This document shows positions 12,348 through 26,525 of a DNA stretch of 64,000 bases, one piece after another. Numbering within the stretch: position 1 is the first letter of the stretch; each line of letters begins with the position of its first letter. The DNA comes from Oopsacas minuta (lineage: Eukaryota > Animalia > Porifera), in NCBI GenBank assembly GCA_024704765.1, contig JAKMXF010000222.1:1-64000 (forward strand), given 5' to 3'. The position numbers were made by a program, and so were the translations under genes. The notes under the pieces were generated by a model, which did not search any database, had not been told where the DNA came from, and saw only the letters and a list, made by a program, of their open reading frames with translations.

Positions 12348-15300
12348 CTAATCACTTGGTGGGGGTGAAACGAGCACATCTATACCCGTCACAAGGGATA
12401 CAGAATTTGATTTAGCTGAAGATTGGTCTAATTGGGAGATTTCTATCTCAAGTTCACCCAGTATTCTATCAGATATCTCTTGAAAACATTTTAACTCCCA
12501 CTCGTGAATAGCCTTGAGATCTGCTTGCTGAGATTCGATCATTTTCGACACACTGGCTAGCATGTCTGGTTGTATGTGTTCCATTTTCATCATAGATTGA
12601 ATCATTTCATTCTTCTTAATTTCAATCTCTTTGTCCAATTGTTTGCGTTCACTGCTCTGAACTTTAGTAATGAAGGAATCTCTTAGTTTCTGATGATTCT
12701 CAGTGACTAATTTAAGCGCTAATTTCTTATGAGTAATTTCTTGTAATCTCTGTTGTTCTGCAGATGCACGAGCTTTGTTACCCTCCACAGATTTGATATT
12801 CACTTTTTGCTGAGCCTCAAACATATCAATTTGCTTCTCTCTGGATTCTCTTAGCTTCTCGAGCTCTTCACTAATAGTCTGCATCTTCAATAACTTGCTT
12901 GGTCGGGAGACTAACTTCTTCTTCTCTTTCTCCAACTTTGAAATTTGAACATCCATCGTTTCCATCCGCCGGAGATGTGCTCCTCCTTTCTGAACCTCCT
13001 TACAGCTTTCTTTGCCAAAATATCTCTCAAGATCTTCACTTTCTTTTTGATTCCTACAAATCATATAAGCATTCTATTAGTTATATAAGGCAAATGATAG
13101 AACATACTTTTTAACCATCCGGTTATACTCTTTACAATCTTTCAATATAAATTCTATTGATAATGGAGTTATCATATTCCTGTTACGAGCTGCCGCTATC
13201 ACTGGTAGCGGCTTACCAGATAATTTGTCCATTTGTGATACATTTCTTGCTGAAGGGAGGCTGGATGTAGAATTGCCTGGAAATTTAGGAGGAGTCTTCA
13301 ACAACGAATCTGAATGAATTCTCTTTGTCCGTATATGAGGCTGATCATACTCAATATTAGGATCTAATGGGCCTATAACTTTAGCTGGATCAGGAGGTGA
13401 TGAGGGTGATTCCTTAACCTTATTTGACCTAGGCTATATAAGGAATTGAGTAAGGTAATACGTAACATCATACATATTACAGATATGTAGTGGTAGTAGT
13501 AGTAGTACTAACCTCAGTATTTTCAATGTCTGTGCCGTAAAGTAGAGCATCCAATGCTTCCTGTCTGAACACAGCCTCATCTGTCTCTTCTTGGTTGACT
13601 GGCTGGTTCTTAACGATCTCAGGATTCTCCAGCATCTTCACGTAACAAAGCATTTCAGGAGACACATAGTCCTCCAGTTTTATGTGTACAAATAATGAAG
13701 CAAGAGGAATAGAATGGTTGTACTTATCACGGAGAAATATATGTCTAAATCCAGTTTCCAAGTAATTGACAGGTAGCACTTTATGAGCCACCAAATTATT
13801 ATTATCATCTACCACAGCTAATCTCAATAGAGCCAATTCTTCACAAATGATACGAGGAAATTGAATTGGTTTATCTTTCTCGTAATCCCAGGAGGCAAGC
13901 ACACCATTATAAGGCACAAATTTAGTCCATTTGTTCTTGTGCTTCTGACCACGACAAGTGTCTGCTGGCAGGCCGAACAGCTCGCACTGTACTTGTACAT
14001 CTTTGAAGAAAGCGCCCAGATACTGAGCTGATATTATCTTGAGTTCTAGAACTGTAGGAACGTTGTTACCTGGCTGAGTTTGAGAGAATGGATCAAATGT
14101 AATATCAGCATTCCGTAGCAACTCAGGCTTCAGGAGGTAACCACAATTACCGTTATACTCAAACTTAGCCTGATTGAGCTGCATGCTAAGGTCTGGAGTT
14201 TGGTAGTTAAGTGCTACCATTTGACAGCCAGCATTCCAGAACAATTGTGGCATGTAGTTAGAGGAGTTAATACGAGCGCCAGCTGGATAAATTCGGGAAA
14301 AATGTGTAATATTATATCTGCGAAAGTTCTCGCCTTCTGCCTGCATATTGTCAAGAGCCTTCACTTCCGAGAAGGAACTCATCTGGTAGTTAAATCTGAG
14401 ATTTTCTGATTGCTCGAAAGACTTAAACTTTATAGGTTCAACGTAGTTAACAAGATCCTCTATAGAAGGTAAAATAAATACATAAGAATACAAACAGATA
14501 GCTATAACTTACTCAACTTCTGATCAACACTATCTGTCTCTAATTCCTCGTCATCTCTATCAGCTTTATCGTCTACTGTAGTTCCAGAGCTCTCTGCAGG
14601 CTCTTGAGTATGATTACCCTTTTTGTTCTTAATAAGAATCTTATTCCTCAATGCACTGGGTGGAGGGAGAGGGGCTCCTGGGTCCAGTGGGTATCGAGTG
14701 AGAGGATGATCCAACAACTTGCTTCCAAAATACTTAATACAGTACCGAGCCATTATGTGCTGTTGTGCGGGGGAGCAATGATTTTCAAACGATAGAATTA
14801 TCTAATAAAATAACGTTATAACTAGCTAGTTACGATTGCTGTAATGTAGTATATAGTACTAACAGGTAAGTCAGATTTGAGAAAAGCAAAGTCCGCGATA
14901 GCTCTGACAACCTCCTCAAAATAAATTCTAGAACAAAGAGTGTTCCCGTGTGTTATTACAGGCTCAGTGTTTCCATCCCAACAGTCCAGTTCGATACAAC
15001 GACTGCCCAGTAACAGTGCTTGTATATACATTTCTACCGACGAGTGAGAAGCTATCTGGTTTCCAGTCAGATATGTGTTGTGGGAGGAATTGATAAAGTA
15101 GTTTGAGAGAGAAAAATTTAAATCTTCGCTGCGAGAAAGGAAACTCCTATCCACAGCCGAGGAATTGTCTGACATGAGCAGTTTGTGGAAACAGTCAAAT
15201 GTAATCCTCTTTTCGCTGTCACCTTCTAGCTTAGATTCTATTTCGAATTTCCTGATCATTTGTAAAGTAGGTCTCACAGTAGTCTTTGGATACAATTGTA

Positions 15301-16252
15301 TGTTCCTACGAAGATCTTTCTGCTCGTCATTCAGGAACTTAACGTACTTTTGAACCTCTAAGAACGGACGGTTGGAGCTTCGAGAGTAGAACACAGACTC
15401 CAAGTCTTGCCTTAAACCAAATCTGCACACAATAGTAATGAGTAATACAATATGAAACAGACTAATTACTTTCATACAAACCTCGAGTAGAACTCCCAAA
15501 TGCTGTCTAATGTTAGCATATCTGCAATAATAAGATTTGTATTAGATTCTTGTAACACTCTTAACTGTCCCAAAACTTCAACAATTTGCTTCTTCTTATT
15601 ATTGTGAAGGCCGAGTATTTTTTGAAAATTTTTCATTTCAATTATCCCAGCCTCGTTGACAAATTCGAATTTGAGTTTTACAAGAATCTTATCGAGCTGA
15701 TGGAACAGATCCATGTTAAGTTGTGCTGTATGGTAGCATAACTTGTTTACAGCTTCACACCAGTGAGCAATCACTCCAGGGTCTGTGTGTGCAAAGTATG
15801 TATAACTAGTGTTAACAATATAATGGACACCACTGTCTGAGCCCTGAAGGGAAAAACTAATAAATGTCAAATTTAATAAATTGTAAATAACCTATTATAT
15901 AACAGACCTGAATTCTCTCCACCAAACACATAAAGCAATCTTCTTTCTCAGCTTTTAGCTCCAGACCCTGAGCTTCCATTAGGTTAGCCATATTCCTACA
16001 ACGGCGGATCCTACCGGGGGACATGTCAGAGACCAGCAGCAAATCGTGTGTTCGTTTCTTCTTCTCGCTGATCAGCGCTTGTCCCTTTGGGGTCTCCAAG
16101 ATGTAATAGCCCTGAGGATCGATAGAAAGATGGACAGGAACATAACTGGGATCGCCTTCCTTCCATCGGAAGAATTCATCCCCTCCTAACAATAACTCAT
16201 CTAGAACCTCTCTAGCAGTTTCGTGAGGTGTCAGAGATGCCAAATAAGACAT
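12348..16252 (-). CDS. PLCB: 1-phosphatidylinositol 4,5-bisphosphate phosphodiesterase beta (PLC-beta), about 7 exons
   Basis: PH-like N-terminus (LSIDPQGYY), X box ([41 protein letters not shown]), Y box ([40 protein letters not shown]), C2 domain and a C-terminal coiled coil typical of beta isoforms. Both catalytic His residues are present. Confidence 0.95.
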
Positions 16253-16822
16253 AACTTGAGGTAATTACTATTAAACAGATATACTACAGCCACTAAATAA
16301 TTGTTATAACCGCTAAACTGAAAATGATATTCAAATACTATACTAAATAGGAAAACGGGAAGTGAGAGTTGTAAGGTCAGGTTTGAGCCCAAGAACTCAC
16401 CCAGGGTTTTATACAGTAGAGAGATCCGAGCAGAGAGCATACAAAGTTTGCAATGTTGTATTAGGAATACAGCTGGTGGTACTCACCACAATTGCTAACA
16501 CTGCTTACAGTAATTTATCAAAATGGTGCTCTGTTCATAGAAACCATATGGTACTATAGTTATGTGAATGATTTCCAAATATCTTTACCCCGAGTGTAAT
16601 ACCACAGTGGATTAATTGTTAGTAGATTTACTTACAATTATGTCCGTATTAGCTTTATTCAAATTCCATTGAACATATGAATTGTGCAATAAGTAAAACT
16701 GTAATTAAAGATAGTTGCAAAAATTATAAACAATTTGAAAGAAATAAAAGCTGTTATAACACAAGCGTATGCAAATTCTAAAATAATGCGATGAATACTC
16801 TGTGCTGATCTGTACAAGTGTG

Positions 16823-19028
16823 TTACTGCTTACAAAGGAGATCAGGATTGTATCTCATAATCTTAGACAATAATTCGTCAAGATACCTCTGAGTCTCTAT
16901 GTGTGTCCTCTCCAGAGAGCTGTAGTCTTGTTTCAGCTTTAAAATAATGTGTACAAGTTTCTATAACAAATAAGTATAAATACATGTTGCTATGGAATAA
17001 ATTAAAATATGCAAACAAACCTCTTTTGAGTTAGATCTGAGCTCAACAGCTGTCTTAGCTTCCTCAGAACTGAAACTAGATAAATTCCAAGTCTGCTCCT
17101 CGTCTGAATCTGCTTCTAATTCCTTAGCTTCCAATTTAGCTATAATAGCCGGAGCGTTGGATTTGCTGAGTTTAGGATTAGTATCATTCTTTGAATCAGC
17201 AGGAGAGAGGATGTAAGAAGATTCATGTCTAGGTGTAATTAGCTGAGAATCCTCAGAAGAGGGAATAGAGAGCTTAGATGTAGTTCTTACTGACCGTCTG
17301 CCTGTGATAACGGCTGATTGGCTGGGACCAGCTAATTCTTGTTGAGAAGAAGGGTTACAATCACTGTTAGTAGAAGGTTTGAGAGGTTTGAAGAGAGATG
17401 TTGCAGATTTAACGTTAACTCTGACTGATATAGCACTACTGCTTCTCCTCAGCTTTGCAGGATCTGAGAGCAGTGGAGAACTATCTCTACTATCTGTAAG
17501 ATAAAGGATAATTACAGACAATTAATTAAGAGATAATAAATTACTTTCTTCTCTGTGAATAGTAAGCAATTCTTTAGATTTGTGAGCTGAGCAAGATCCA
17601 TCAGGAGATCCTCTTACCATAGGAATATTTCTAGAAAAGTTTGTTTCACTAAACTTGTTTTTATAGCTCACAGCTTTTGTGCCACAATCCTAGGAACAAT
17701 TCATGCAATAATATATCTAATAAAGTTATAATTAAGCATAACAAACAAGATCAGAGAGGGAATCTATATCTGAATCAGAAAAGTTAGGATTCGTAGGACT
17801 GTCTTTAGCGCTAGCACTGGTCTCAGATTCTGTGTCTGCCCACTGCTCCCGGAACTTAGCCTTCCTGGCCATATTCTCTCTTTTCAATAATCTAGCTTCT
17901 GTACAGTCAAAGCTTGGCTTAATTAAATCTCTGCTGGATAGATTAGGCCTGGAGCGTGACTTAAAGCGCAGAGACTGGGATCGACTACTCAAGGAAACAA
18001 ATATAATCTTCTAAACAAAATATGTATAGCTAATATTAACAGCACTCACGATAGAGAAGAGTTAATGAGAGGAGTATCTCCAGACAAGAGATCTCCTTTC
18101 TTACTGACTCCTCTAATAGCATAGCTATCTGGATCTGAATTGGAGTTAGGCTCTGAAGGAACTGAAAAATCAATTGGAACGAAATCAAACGAAATATAAA
18201 CTTCTCCTCTATCTTTATCAAAAAGATCAGTTTTATTTCTGAACAAATATCCTACTGTTTCTTTAGCAGAAGATTTAGAAGAAGTGTATAGAGACAGAAT
18301 ATCACTCACAGAGATTAAAATACGACCAAGAAATTCCTTCTTTAGTTTGCGGTGATGGAAAGCAGTTACTTGTATATTAGTCTTAGGCTCAGGGACTAGA
18401 CTGACAAGTAATTATAATATGAGGAAAATAGTATATGTAATTATAACTTACAAATCAAATGATTGGGACCAGACAGGAGCCCGTTGCTTCTCAGCTATCT
18501 CTGTTTCCTGAACCTTCTCTCCGACCTTAAGACGTATAGAGGTGTTGTTATAGCCTAAACAGTTAAACAATAAATTGACAACAGATATGTTAGCAAATAT
18601 TGAATTGCAAAATGAACCACATTGTAATATTAGCAATTATCAATAAGTTATTCTAAGTAATTAATTATATCATTGTCATAAGATCGCAACAGATTAAGAC
18701 CACAGCTAAATTATTAATTTTCCTAAATATCAGTCATTAGTGAAAAGCAATAGGCCCTAGAATGTCCAGATCACTTACCTTGCTTCTGTTTGCAAACGAG
18801 GCCCTGAGCGCTGTGGACTAAATACAGAAATCGTAAATAAACAAACAAACAAACAAACAAACAATATACATAGAAATCATCTTAGAAAGATGACAAACTT
18901 GTCAACAAACAACACATTGAAAGCTGTGTATATCGCTAGTGCAGTATAAAATTATTACCTTTGACTCTTAACTTGCTTTTGAGCAGTACACGCATTGGAC
19001 CAGAATTAAGCATAGGACAGTCAGTCAT
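16823..19028 (-). CDS. RAB11FIP: Rab11 family-interacting protein, class I (N-terminal C2 + C-terminal FIP-RBD), multi-exon
   Basis: Spliced N-terminal C2 (VHSAQGLVCKQKQ, IRLKVGEKVQETEIAEKQRAPVWSQSF, DKDRGEVYISFDF), a Ser-rich linker, and a last exon reading ..TQRYLDELLSKIMRYNPDLLCKQ* that matches the FIP Rab-binding domain (YIDNLLVRVMEETPSIL). Internal exon boundaries are only partly resolved. Confidence 0.85.
18839..18864. repeat. (AAAC)n microsatellite in the first RAB11FIP intron
   Basis: aaacaaacaaacaaacaaacaaacaa read directly. Confidence 0.85.
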
Positions 19029-19392
19029 AATTATAAGTAGCGAGGAGAATAGAACAAATAATAGAGTATTAATCTGGTGAATGCTTGTGTGCTTTTATAG
19101 AGCATTCGTACGTAAGCTGTAACCTGATCTAGTAGCATGTTATGTATTGAGGCTAGCTTAGCGGTAAGCAGGAACTTTGTTCGCTATTTCAGGGCAGAAC
19201 CATGGAAATTTTAGAAAACTGGGATACATAATGATTAGTTGGTAGAAAGAAGTTACATAGTTCATATTAAAATGGCATGATTTATGCAACTTTTTAGAGA
19301 AAGATAGAGTCAAATAAGTCTGCGAAAAGTGCGAATTTATAAGCACATAAATCTATAACAAATAGCATATACATCATAATCACATAACTGCA

Positions 19393-22300
19393 TTATATGT
19401 CAGCTCTGAAACAGAGCAATTGTAGTCTATTGTCCTCCTGGAATCGTTGAATTATGTCTTTTATATTATCTGTGTCGTCACGAGAGGCATCCAAACCCAA
19501 ATATGTATAAGCTTTGTCAAAGTTACTGACACTAGTTTGTGATAAAAACCGCGAGAGAGTCTTCTCAACAACAGTTAGCTCAATCTGAGCATGCATAGCC
19601 CCCTCATGACAAAAGGTTTCAATCTCTTTCAATAATAATATCATAGATAAACTCGTATTTTCTAGCAAACTAACCAACACACGATGTATAAGTAAGCCAG
19701 ACACGGAGTAACATTCTGAGTGTACCTACAATACAATCTATATGTACAGTAATAGAATTAAAAATATTACATATAGCTTACCTCTATGAATAACATTATT
19801 AACTCCTTTATATAACCTCTAACAGCTTTTGGGTATGAACATTCCTCCCAATCAAAGTGCTCACATCCCATACCAGCATTCAGCATTTCATCAACTAACA
19901 AACTCTTACACTTTACATACGCATTGAATACAGCTGTATCTAGCCCTGTCAGATCCCTACAAGATCCGTTCTCTACGAGTCTAGCGTCAGGATACCCGTG
20001 TACCTTATAACAGTCCATGATACGAGGAAGCACTTGTGACTTTATAAACTGTATGTTAGATAATATTATCAGTAGTCGCTTGTCTGGTAATATTACGGAT
20101 CTGTAATTAGAGGATAATATGGTAACTAAGTACAATATGTATATAATACTGTTACCTAGTCTCTCCATCTGTCTCTAGGTCTGAGTGAGAGCTGTCCTGA
20201 GTGCTCTCTTCATTATCAGAATCATCAGAGCTGGAGGAGTGTTCGTTGTTAGTAATGCCCTCTTGTTGGTATCCATCTGTTTGTTTCTCAAAAGCTAAGT
20301 AACTAAACACGCAAATAATCCATTGTGTATATTATAAGTTCATGCGAAAAGTACCTGAAGCAGTCATTCAACCTCTGTAATATAGAAGCTACATATTTTG
20401 AACCAGTATTCAGTAGTCTAGTTGGTTGATCAGTAGCTGTATCCTGTACTATATCCTTGAGAGTCAAAAGAGTCTCTACTACAACACTCTCAAACAGAAC
20501 AGGTAGAGAAGAGATAGATCCGTGTTCCTCTGCTTCCATAGCCCAATTCTCTCTCTCATACAGCAGACCAGTGTCTGTTTCTGCTCTAGTGAATAACTTC
20601 TGTACAGTAAGAATACGTAGATCAGAGCTAAGCTTAACACAGCACTGTAAATCTAACATTATCACAGGTAAATATCATATATAAATATTATGTAATGAGA
20701 ATAATTAATAAAATAGATTACCTTCGATAGGAACTTGTTGTAATAATATAGAAGTGCAATGGCGTACCTGCCTGACACAAAAGGGTAACCACTCCTCCAG
20801 AGGCTCTTCAGGCTCCTTCCACTCTCCTACCCTAGCTCTCCTCTCCTCGTTCCAATCAGCTGACTCTCCAAAGAATGCACAGCTGATCATATCACAGAAC
20901 AGCTGTAACAGTGCTTGTAACATATCTCTAGCATCAGCCTCTCTCCTTCCGGAACTGAATGCCTCTCTAGCTTCAGTATCAGTAATGCCATGTAGTAGGT
21001 CACCGGATAAATAGGCACGAGCTAGAGCCCAGAAGTCAGGGAGAACTTCTAAATATAACTCACATAACTCTTCAGTCATACCGACCCTCTTAGGAGGTCT
21101 TGTCTCAGGCTCTCTCTTCCAAAGACCTAACATAAACCTTATAAATAATAATACATTGAATACTACCAGTCTATGACATACCTTGTGTAACAGCTTGGTG
21201 CTGTAGACCAGCTGTATGTAAATCTGATAGGGGTACAGGGTCAGATCCTGGCGTCTGATAACGGTCTCGAATAACCTCTACAAGATTAATTATCCATCTA
21301 AACATGTGTTCTAGAGCCTCCCATCCTGGATCTCCGCTGTAATCCAATTGAATAAGATACTTAACCATTCGTCTCAGTTCCTCTAGTGTAGAAGGTAACT
21401 CAGTTAATCGGCTCCTTAATTCACGTCTGAAGTCTGCTACCAGACGTGTAACCTCTCTCAGAACTTTCTGGAATACTTGCACCTCTCCACCCGCGAATAG
21501 AGACTTGGTACGCTCGTAATCACTGACAACCCTCTCAATATCTCCAGACTCAATATTCTGAGTTATACTCTTAGGCAAAGAGAACAGAAATCTATCCAAC
21601 AGAGAAGTAATAAGCTAATTGGACATATCCATGTAGTATATAATTCAGCTAACTTAAATCTCTGTAATACATTGAGAGCATTTCTAGTAGCATCAGCCTT
21701 CTCCTTCCTCTCTAGGACTTCCTTGAACAGAGAAGATGATATCTCATCAGATTTACCTAGCAATCCTTCCAGTCTATCTGTAATAGATCCTCCGTCTGAC
21801 TTGGATTCTGCAGTTACAATCATTTTACGTAGATCCTACACACAATAATACTTACAGCAAACACTAAGTTATGTATATATTAAGCCAATTACTTGCAGAG
21901 ATTGTTCACCCAGCAGATAGGCAGTGAGATTCTCCTTAGCGTAGTTACTAGGAGCTACACTCTTTCTCTCTACCTCCTTACGTAAAGTAAATAATCCTCT
22001 CTGTAGATCTGAGAAGCCAGTGTTACGATGCTGCTCTAAGAGATACCAGGCAGCTACGAACTTCTCTGAATGCAGATCTCCGTTACCTCCTGGAAAGAGT
22101 CCTTCTAAGAACTCAGGGGTCACTTTCTGACCTTGCCCAGCCTTGTTTCCTAGACCCAATGGATCGAAATTGCCCCCTCGGACAGAGAGCTTCCGGTCTT
22201 CTCTCTTCCCTCCATCCAGATGATCCTCAAGGAACTCTGACTCATCCACCCATATAGCAGACTCCACCATGGGTCCTACATGAGCAACCTGGGAGGTGAA

Positions 22301-22608
22301 TAATACGTTACACTGTCCCTCTCCACCAGATCTAGTCGTCACTACAGACAATACATAACACAAGACTCTACTACTAATGGTATACAGCTCAGCTCACCTA
22401 TGATCTCCCCCGGACCATCAGCTGCTCCAGTCCTACATACTATCATACTAGGTTTATGCCATTCCGCCCAATGTAAGCAATTCAAACCGCAGATAGTTAG
22501 AGCTATGACGTCAGACTGAGACCTTCCTAGACGCTCTCCTCTAATGGTAATCTTGGTACCAGGCGGTCCAAAGCTGGGAGATACTCCTGACACTAACGGC
22601 CCTAACAT
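19393..22608 (-). CDS. EXOC2: Exocyst complex component 2 (Sec5), multi-exon
   Basis: N-terminal IPT/Ral-binding domain ([25 protein letters not shown]...IVCRTG), FDPLG motif, [31 protein letters not shown], and C-terminus [13 protein letters not shown]. Confidence 0.95.
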
Positions 22609-22779
22609 ACTTATAGAATTTATATCAGTAAATTCAATACCTACGTAGAAATAATAATAACAGCCAATATAGTCAATATATGATTCTTATAGAATATTGG
22701 AAGTGATCTTAAGTTCTGATATATAAAATTAGCTAAATAGGGTATGAAAGAGCACTGGGGGTAATAATGAGTTGTATAT

Positions 22780-23586
22780 TTACTCTGTATCTACGACCCT
22801 CTCAATCTTAGCAGCTATCTTCTTATACTTCTCTAATAGCTTTCCTATTACATTATCAACTGAGGCCTGGGAGATAACGTATATCTTGGGAGCTATGAAG
22901 CATGTGAATAGCAAGGCAATCAGAATATACGGCAGAGTTATGTATATTGTGACGTAAGAGGTAAGGTATAACAGAACAGAGAATGCTATAGACATACGGA
23001 GATCATAGAATAGGACCAAACTTAGTAACAAGTTTAAAAGAGGTCCAAATACTTCTAGGATTGATATCGTCCAGGTTTCTAGGAGAGCTGGATCTATCTG
23101 AGTCTCTGTCTGAGAGAGTAAATGTCTGAATGGATGTGAAGCAGGTTTACCTACTATTATACGGAATAGCAGGAGAAATGCGGAATATACGATGGAAACT
23201 GCGAAACCTAACAATAAGATAAGCACAAGACAATGGAGGAGGGGGTAGCAGGTGAGAATAACCGCGAATATGATACCTCCAAGGATGAGAATAGTTTTTA
23301 TATGATTCTTGAACAGGAGAACATCCCAAGCAAATAAATTAAGAGTGAATAGAAAAGACAGATAAGCTCTGTTCTGGTTTCTATCTAGTGGAGTAGGAGC
23401 TGATTTTTGGGGTAGAGATGGTTTAGATTTGTTAAACAATCCTCTTTTCAAAACAGTACCGCTCTCCTTCTTCTCCAGCTCTTTATCGGGAGAAATTATC
23501 TCTGATTTATCAGGAGATATAATTCCTGTTGGAACCTTATTATCAGAGGGAGTATCTACGGCAGAGCATTCTGAAGTAGCATCCAT
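22780..23586 (-). CDS. RTN: Reticulon-family ER-shaping protein, single exon, 268 aa
   Basis: Reticulon homology domain with two long hydrophobic hairpins separated by a loop containing HPFRHLL, then a C-terminal amphipathic helix (VDNVIGKLLEKYKKIAAKIE). Confidence 0.85.
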   Translation of the reverse strand: MDATSECSAVDTPSDNKVPTGIISPDKSEIISPDKELEKKESGTVLKRGLFNKSKPSLPQKSAPTPLDRNQNRAYLSFLFTLNLFAWDVLLFKNHIKTILILGGIIFAVILTCYPLLHCLVLILLLGFAVSIVYSAFLLLFRIIVGKPASHPFRHLLSQTETQIDPALLETWTISILEVFGPLLNLLLSLVLFYDLRMSIAFSVLLYLTSYVTIYITLPYILIALLFTCFIAPKIYVISQASVDNVIGKLLEKYKKIAAKIERVVDTE

Positions 23587-24302
23587 GGTTACCTAATATT
23601 AATTGAATAGAAGCAAAGTGAATTTCGTGAAATATAGCATTTATAGCTTAGGACAGCCATTTAACGTATAAATCACGTGTAGCTACAGCGAAGTGATTCT
23701 TAGTCTGTCATTAACTGTGCAATCAAGCAAATCAGAGAATTTGATGGCTACATACATGGATAATAATTATTGTAATCTTTGTAGAATAAGAATTTACACA
23801 TGTGAATTGAAGGAGGGAAATAACATCGCCAAATGAAACATAATACTGAATGTCTATTAAATTGTATAAGAAGTATAACTTCATTATAACTCACGTGGAC
23901 ACTGCATTTGCAATGAAATAAACACAATATAATTTGAGCACAGATCATGAGTTCATATCATAATATTAGCTATGTGTCCAATAGATTATATGAGAGGGAG
24001 GATGGTTAAACTTAGTCTGATGTTCTAGTGGTCATAACATAAGAACATCAAGGATCAGCTCATTCATAGAATGCAATAGCTCATTATATATCACAGAATT
24101 ACCAATTAATACTGTAATAAGCAACATTGCTACTATTATGTAAGCTAAATTAGCCGCTATAAGGATATGATGCAGTTATAACGTGCTACATTCACATAGT
24201 GGACTATTTTATAAGTAATTAATTGTGTAAGAGGAATTAATAATTGATAATACTCTCTGTACAGTGAACAAGTGAATCAGTGGAATAATATAACGTAATT
24301 TC

Positions 24303-25970
24303 TTATAAGTCATAAGGAAGAGACCAGAATTCTAAGAATGGTAAGTCTGCTTTAGAGGCGTTAATAACCGCGAGTAGCTTGCTCTCCAATAACTGCTGTA
24401 ATTGTGAGTGTTTGCCTGTAGGAATAAGAGCACATTTCTTAAGAATAGCAACTTTAGTAAGAATGCTCTGCTTAGTGCTGTCAATAGCAAGTCTCACTAC
24501 ATCTTCTGAGTATATCTTGGGGTATATAATGTTATGTAAATGTGTCAGTACAGTAGGGAGCAGTAATTGGGAATGATAGTCTAGAGGAGTATCTGGTTGG
24601 ATCTGAAATGCGTAGTTATCAAGAGGATCTTCCCCCAGACCTACCCCAGAGTCTGTATCCGTCTCAGAGAAAGAACTGGAGTGTGAATCTAACTGGAAAA
24701 TATCCAGAATAACTCTACACTGCCTCGTATCTGTAAAGAAGTGATTTGGTAAATGTGCTTTGAGGTGTAATCCTAGTAAATTACACCTATCAACAGACTG
24801 GTATCTCTTCTCGTATTCATACATACGTACACAGTGTTCAGGCAGCAGAGAGCTGAGATGATGTAGAGCAGATGACACTAGGCTCTGAGACTCTCCACGG
24901 ATCACTACTTGGTGTCCTGTGTACAGATGGTATAACAGCTGATCGAATATATGTCCACCAATTGTACGAGATAAATGCCTTAGATTAGAGAATGAATCGA
25001 GGGAGGGAGTGACTGCTGGAGAGGAGGAGGGATGCTTACCCAGGACTACATGCTGTAGCTGGTGCTTACCTATGATAGGATCTATATAACTGATAGGGTT
25101 AAGGGAGTGTAGAGTAGGAGGTAGATGAGTTTTAAGAAGAGAGGAGAACTTGCAATGAATGAAATGGAATATATCAGGATCCCCGGTTATGACAGATAGA
25201 GGACGTGGTTGTGTTATGACGGTAGCACGTGCTCTTATCAACAAGTCAGGATCGACGTATCTATTCCCTACACGATGGATATTGTTACTGTCTTCTCTTG
25301 CATACACGAGATCTGATTTCTCCTTGAGTCCGGTTATTATCACCTCTAGCTGTTTAGTAATACAGCTACTGAACTGATAGAGATAAGCAGGAGTATGTGT
25401 AAGGACGATTATGCTATACAGCTTCTTAAGACCGCGGGCGTGTGTGTCTTTCAAATAGAACTTATAACTCAGCACGTAGTCAGAGGAAGGATCCCCGAAT
25501 ACTACTTCTCCTTCCTTCTTAGCAGTCTGTTCAGAGTTGTAACAACGACAGCAAGCCTTCCTGAGAGAATGCAGGGAGTCTTTAGAAGTAGGCAGATGTT
25601 TGGAAATAAATACTGAGTTATTCTGAGAGCTAACAAATCCGAGGTTATTGTCAGGCATGTCTGGGGTGCAGGCACCACAAGTTGACTTAGAAGAAGAGCC
25701 GAGAGAAGAGACCAAACTCTGAGAAGGAAATCGCTTTGAAGCATCATATTTCCGTGATATGTTACAACCATTAGCAGAGTCAGAGAACTTCTCAGGCGGT
25801 GGAATAGCAGGAGAGGATTCCAATTCTTCTGTACTGACACCTGTCTGTGTACAGGTAACTATACGAGGACCATGATTGTCACAAAAATGACATAAAGCAA
25901 TACAAGCGTATTCCATTTGATAAGCAGCAGCTCTAGAAATAAAATTGCCTGCATGCAATGTGGCATTCAT
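24303..25970 (-). CDS. FLCN: Folliculin, single exon, ~555 aa
   Basis: IALCHFCDNHGPRIVTCTQ, EGEVVFGD..YVLSYKFYLKDTHARGLKKLYSII, and a C-terminal DENN-like region (GHQVVIRG...LSSLLPEHC). Confidence 0.93.
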   Translation of the reverse strand: MNATLHAGNFISRAAAYQMEYACIALCHFCDNHGPRIVTCTQTGVSTEELESSPAIPPPEKFSDSANGCNISRKYDASKRFPSQSLVSSLGSSSKSTCGACTPDMPDNNLGFVSSQNNSVFISKHLPTSKDSLHSLRKACCRCYNSEQTAKKEGEVVFGDPSSDYVLSYKFYLKDTHARGLKKLYSIIVLTHTPAYLYQFSSCITKQLEVIITGLKEKSDLVYAREDSNNIHRVGNRYVDPDLLIRARATVITQPRPLSVITGDPDIFHFIHCKFSSLLKTHLPPTLHSLNPISYIDPIIGKHQLQHVVLGKHPSSSPAVTPSLDSFSNLRHLSRTIGGHIFDQLLYHLYTGHQVVIRGESQSLVSSALHHLSSLLPEHCVRMYEYEKRYQSVDRCNLLGLHLKAHLPNHFFTDTRQCRVILDIFQLDSHSSSFSETDTDSGVGLGEDPLDNYAFQIQPDTPLDYHSQLLLPTVLTHLHNIIYPKIYSEDVVRLAIDSTKQSILTKVAILKKCALIPTGKHSQLQQLLESKLLAVINASKADLPFLEFWSLPYDL

Positions 25971-26525
25971 TTATAGCTACTCTATTCATCAGATCGGAGT
26001 CATGAGATTACACTATTGGCTTCATTGTGTACCTAACAGATCTTGTGACTGACAGGCAAAGAACATTTACAGTGTTGTTCTTGCTTATAAATTTAGTAAT
26101 TAATTTCTTGAATATTTTATAGCATTCTTTGAATTCTTATGGATAACTAAGTGAAGAGTAATAACGATTCCTAATAATCTCGTGATAATCTATACAGGTT
26201 ATTGGAATAATGTAAACTCACGATTCACAATGTAATCACATTTTAACAATATAAACAAGTAAATAAATGACTATCCAAAAAGGTGACTTATTAGAGATTA
26301 CAGTAGCAGTAGAAATATTATTGACACTGTAAAGTCAAGTCTTGAATTGCAATTTAATAATACTATAATTTCATTGTAAAGAAATAAACAATCACATATA
26401 ATAGAGTAACAACAATAAACAAGAACAACATCCTATAATGTTATAATACTAACCTTAAATTTGACTATACCAATCGCGTGCATCATATACGAACAATCTG
26501 TAATTCCGAAGAAAGGATCTGTTGA

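Noticed and set aside
16362-16559. 65-aa plus-strand ORF between PLC-beta and RAB11FIP
   Set aside because: Short, GTG start, no recognisable motif; compatible with chance.
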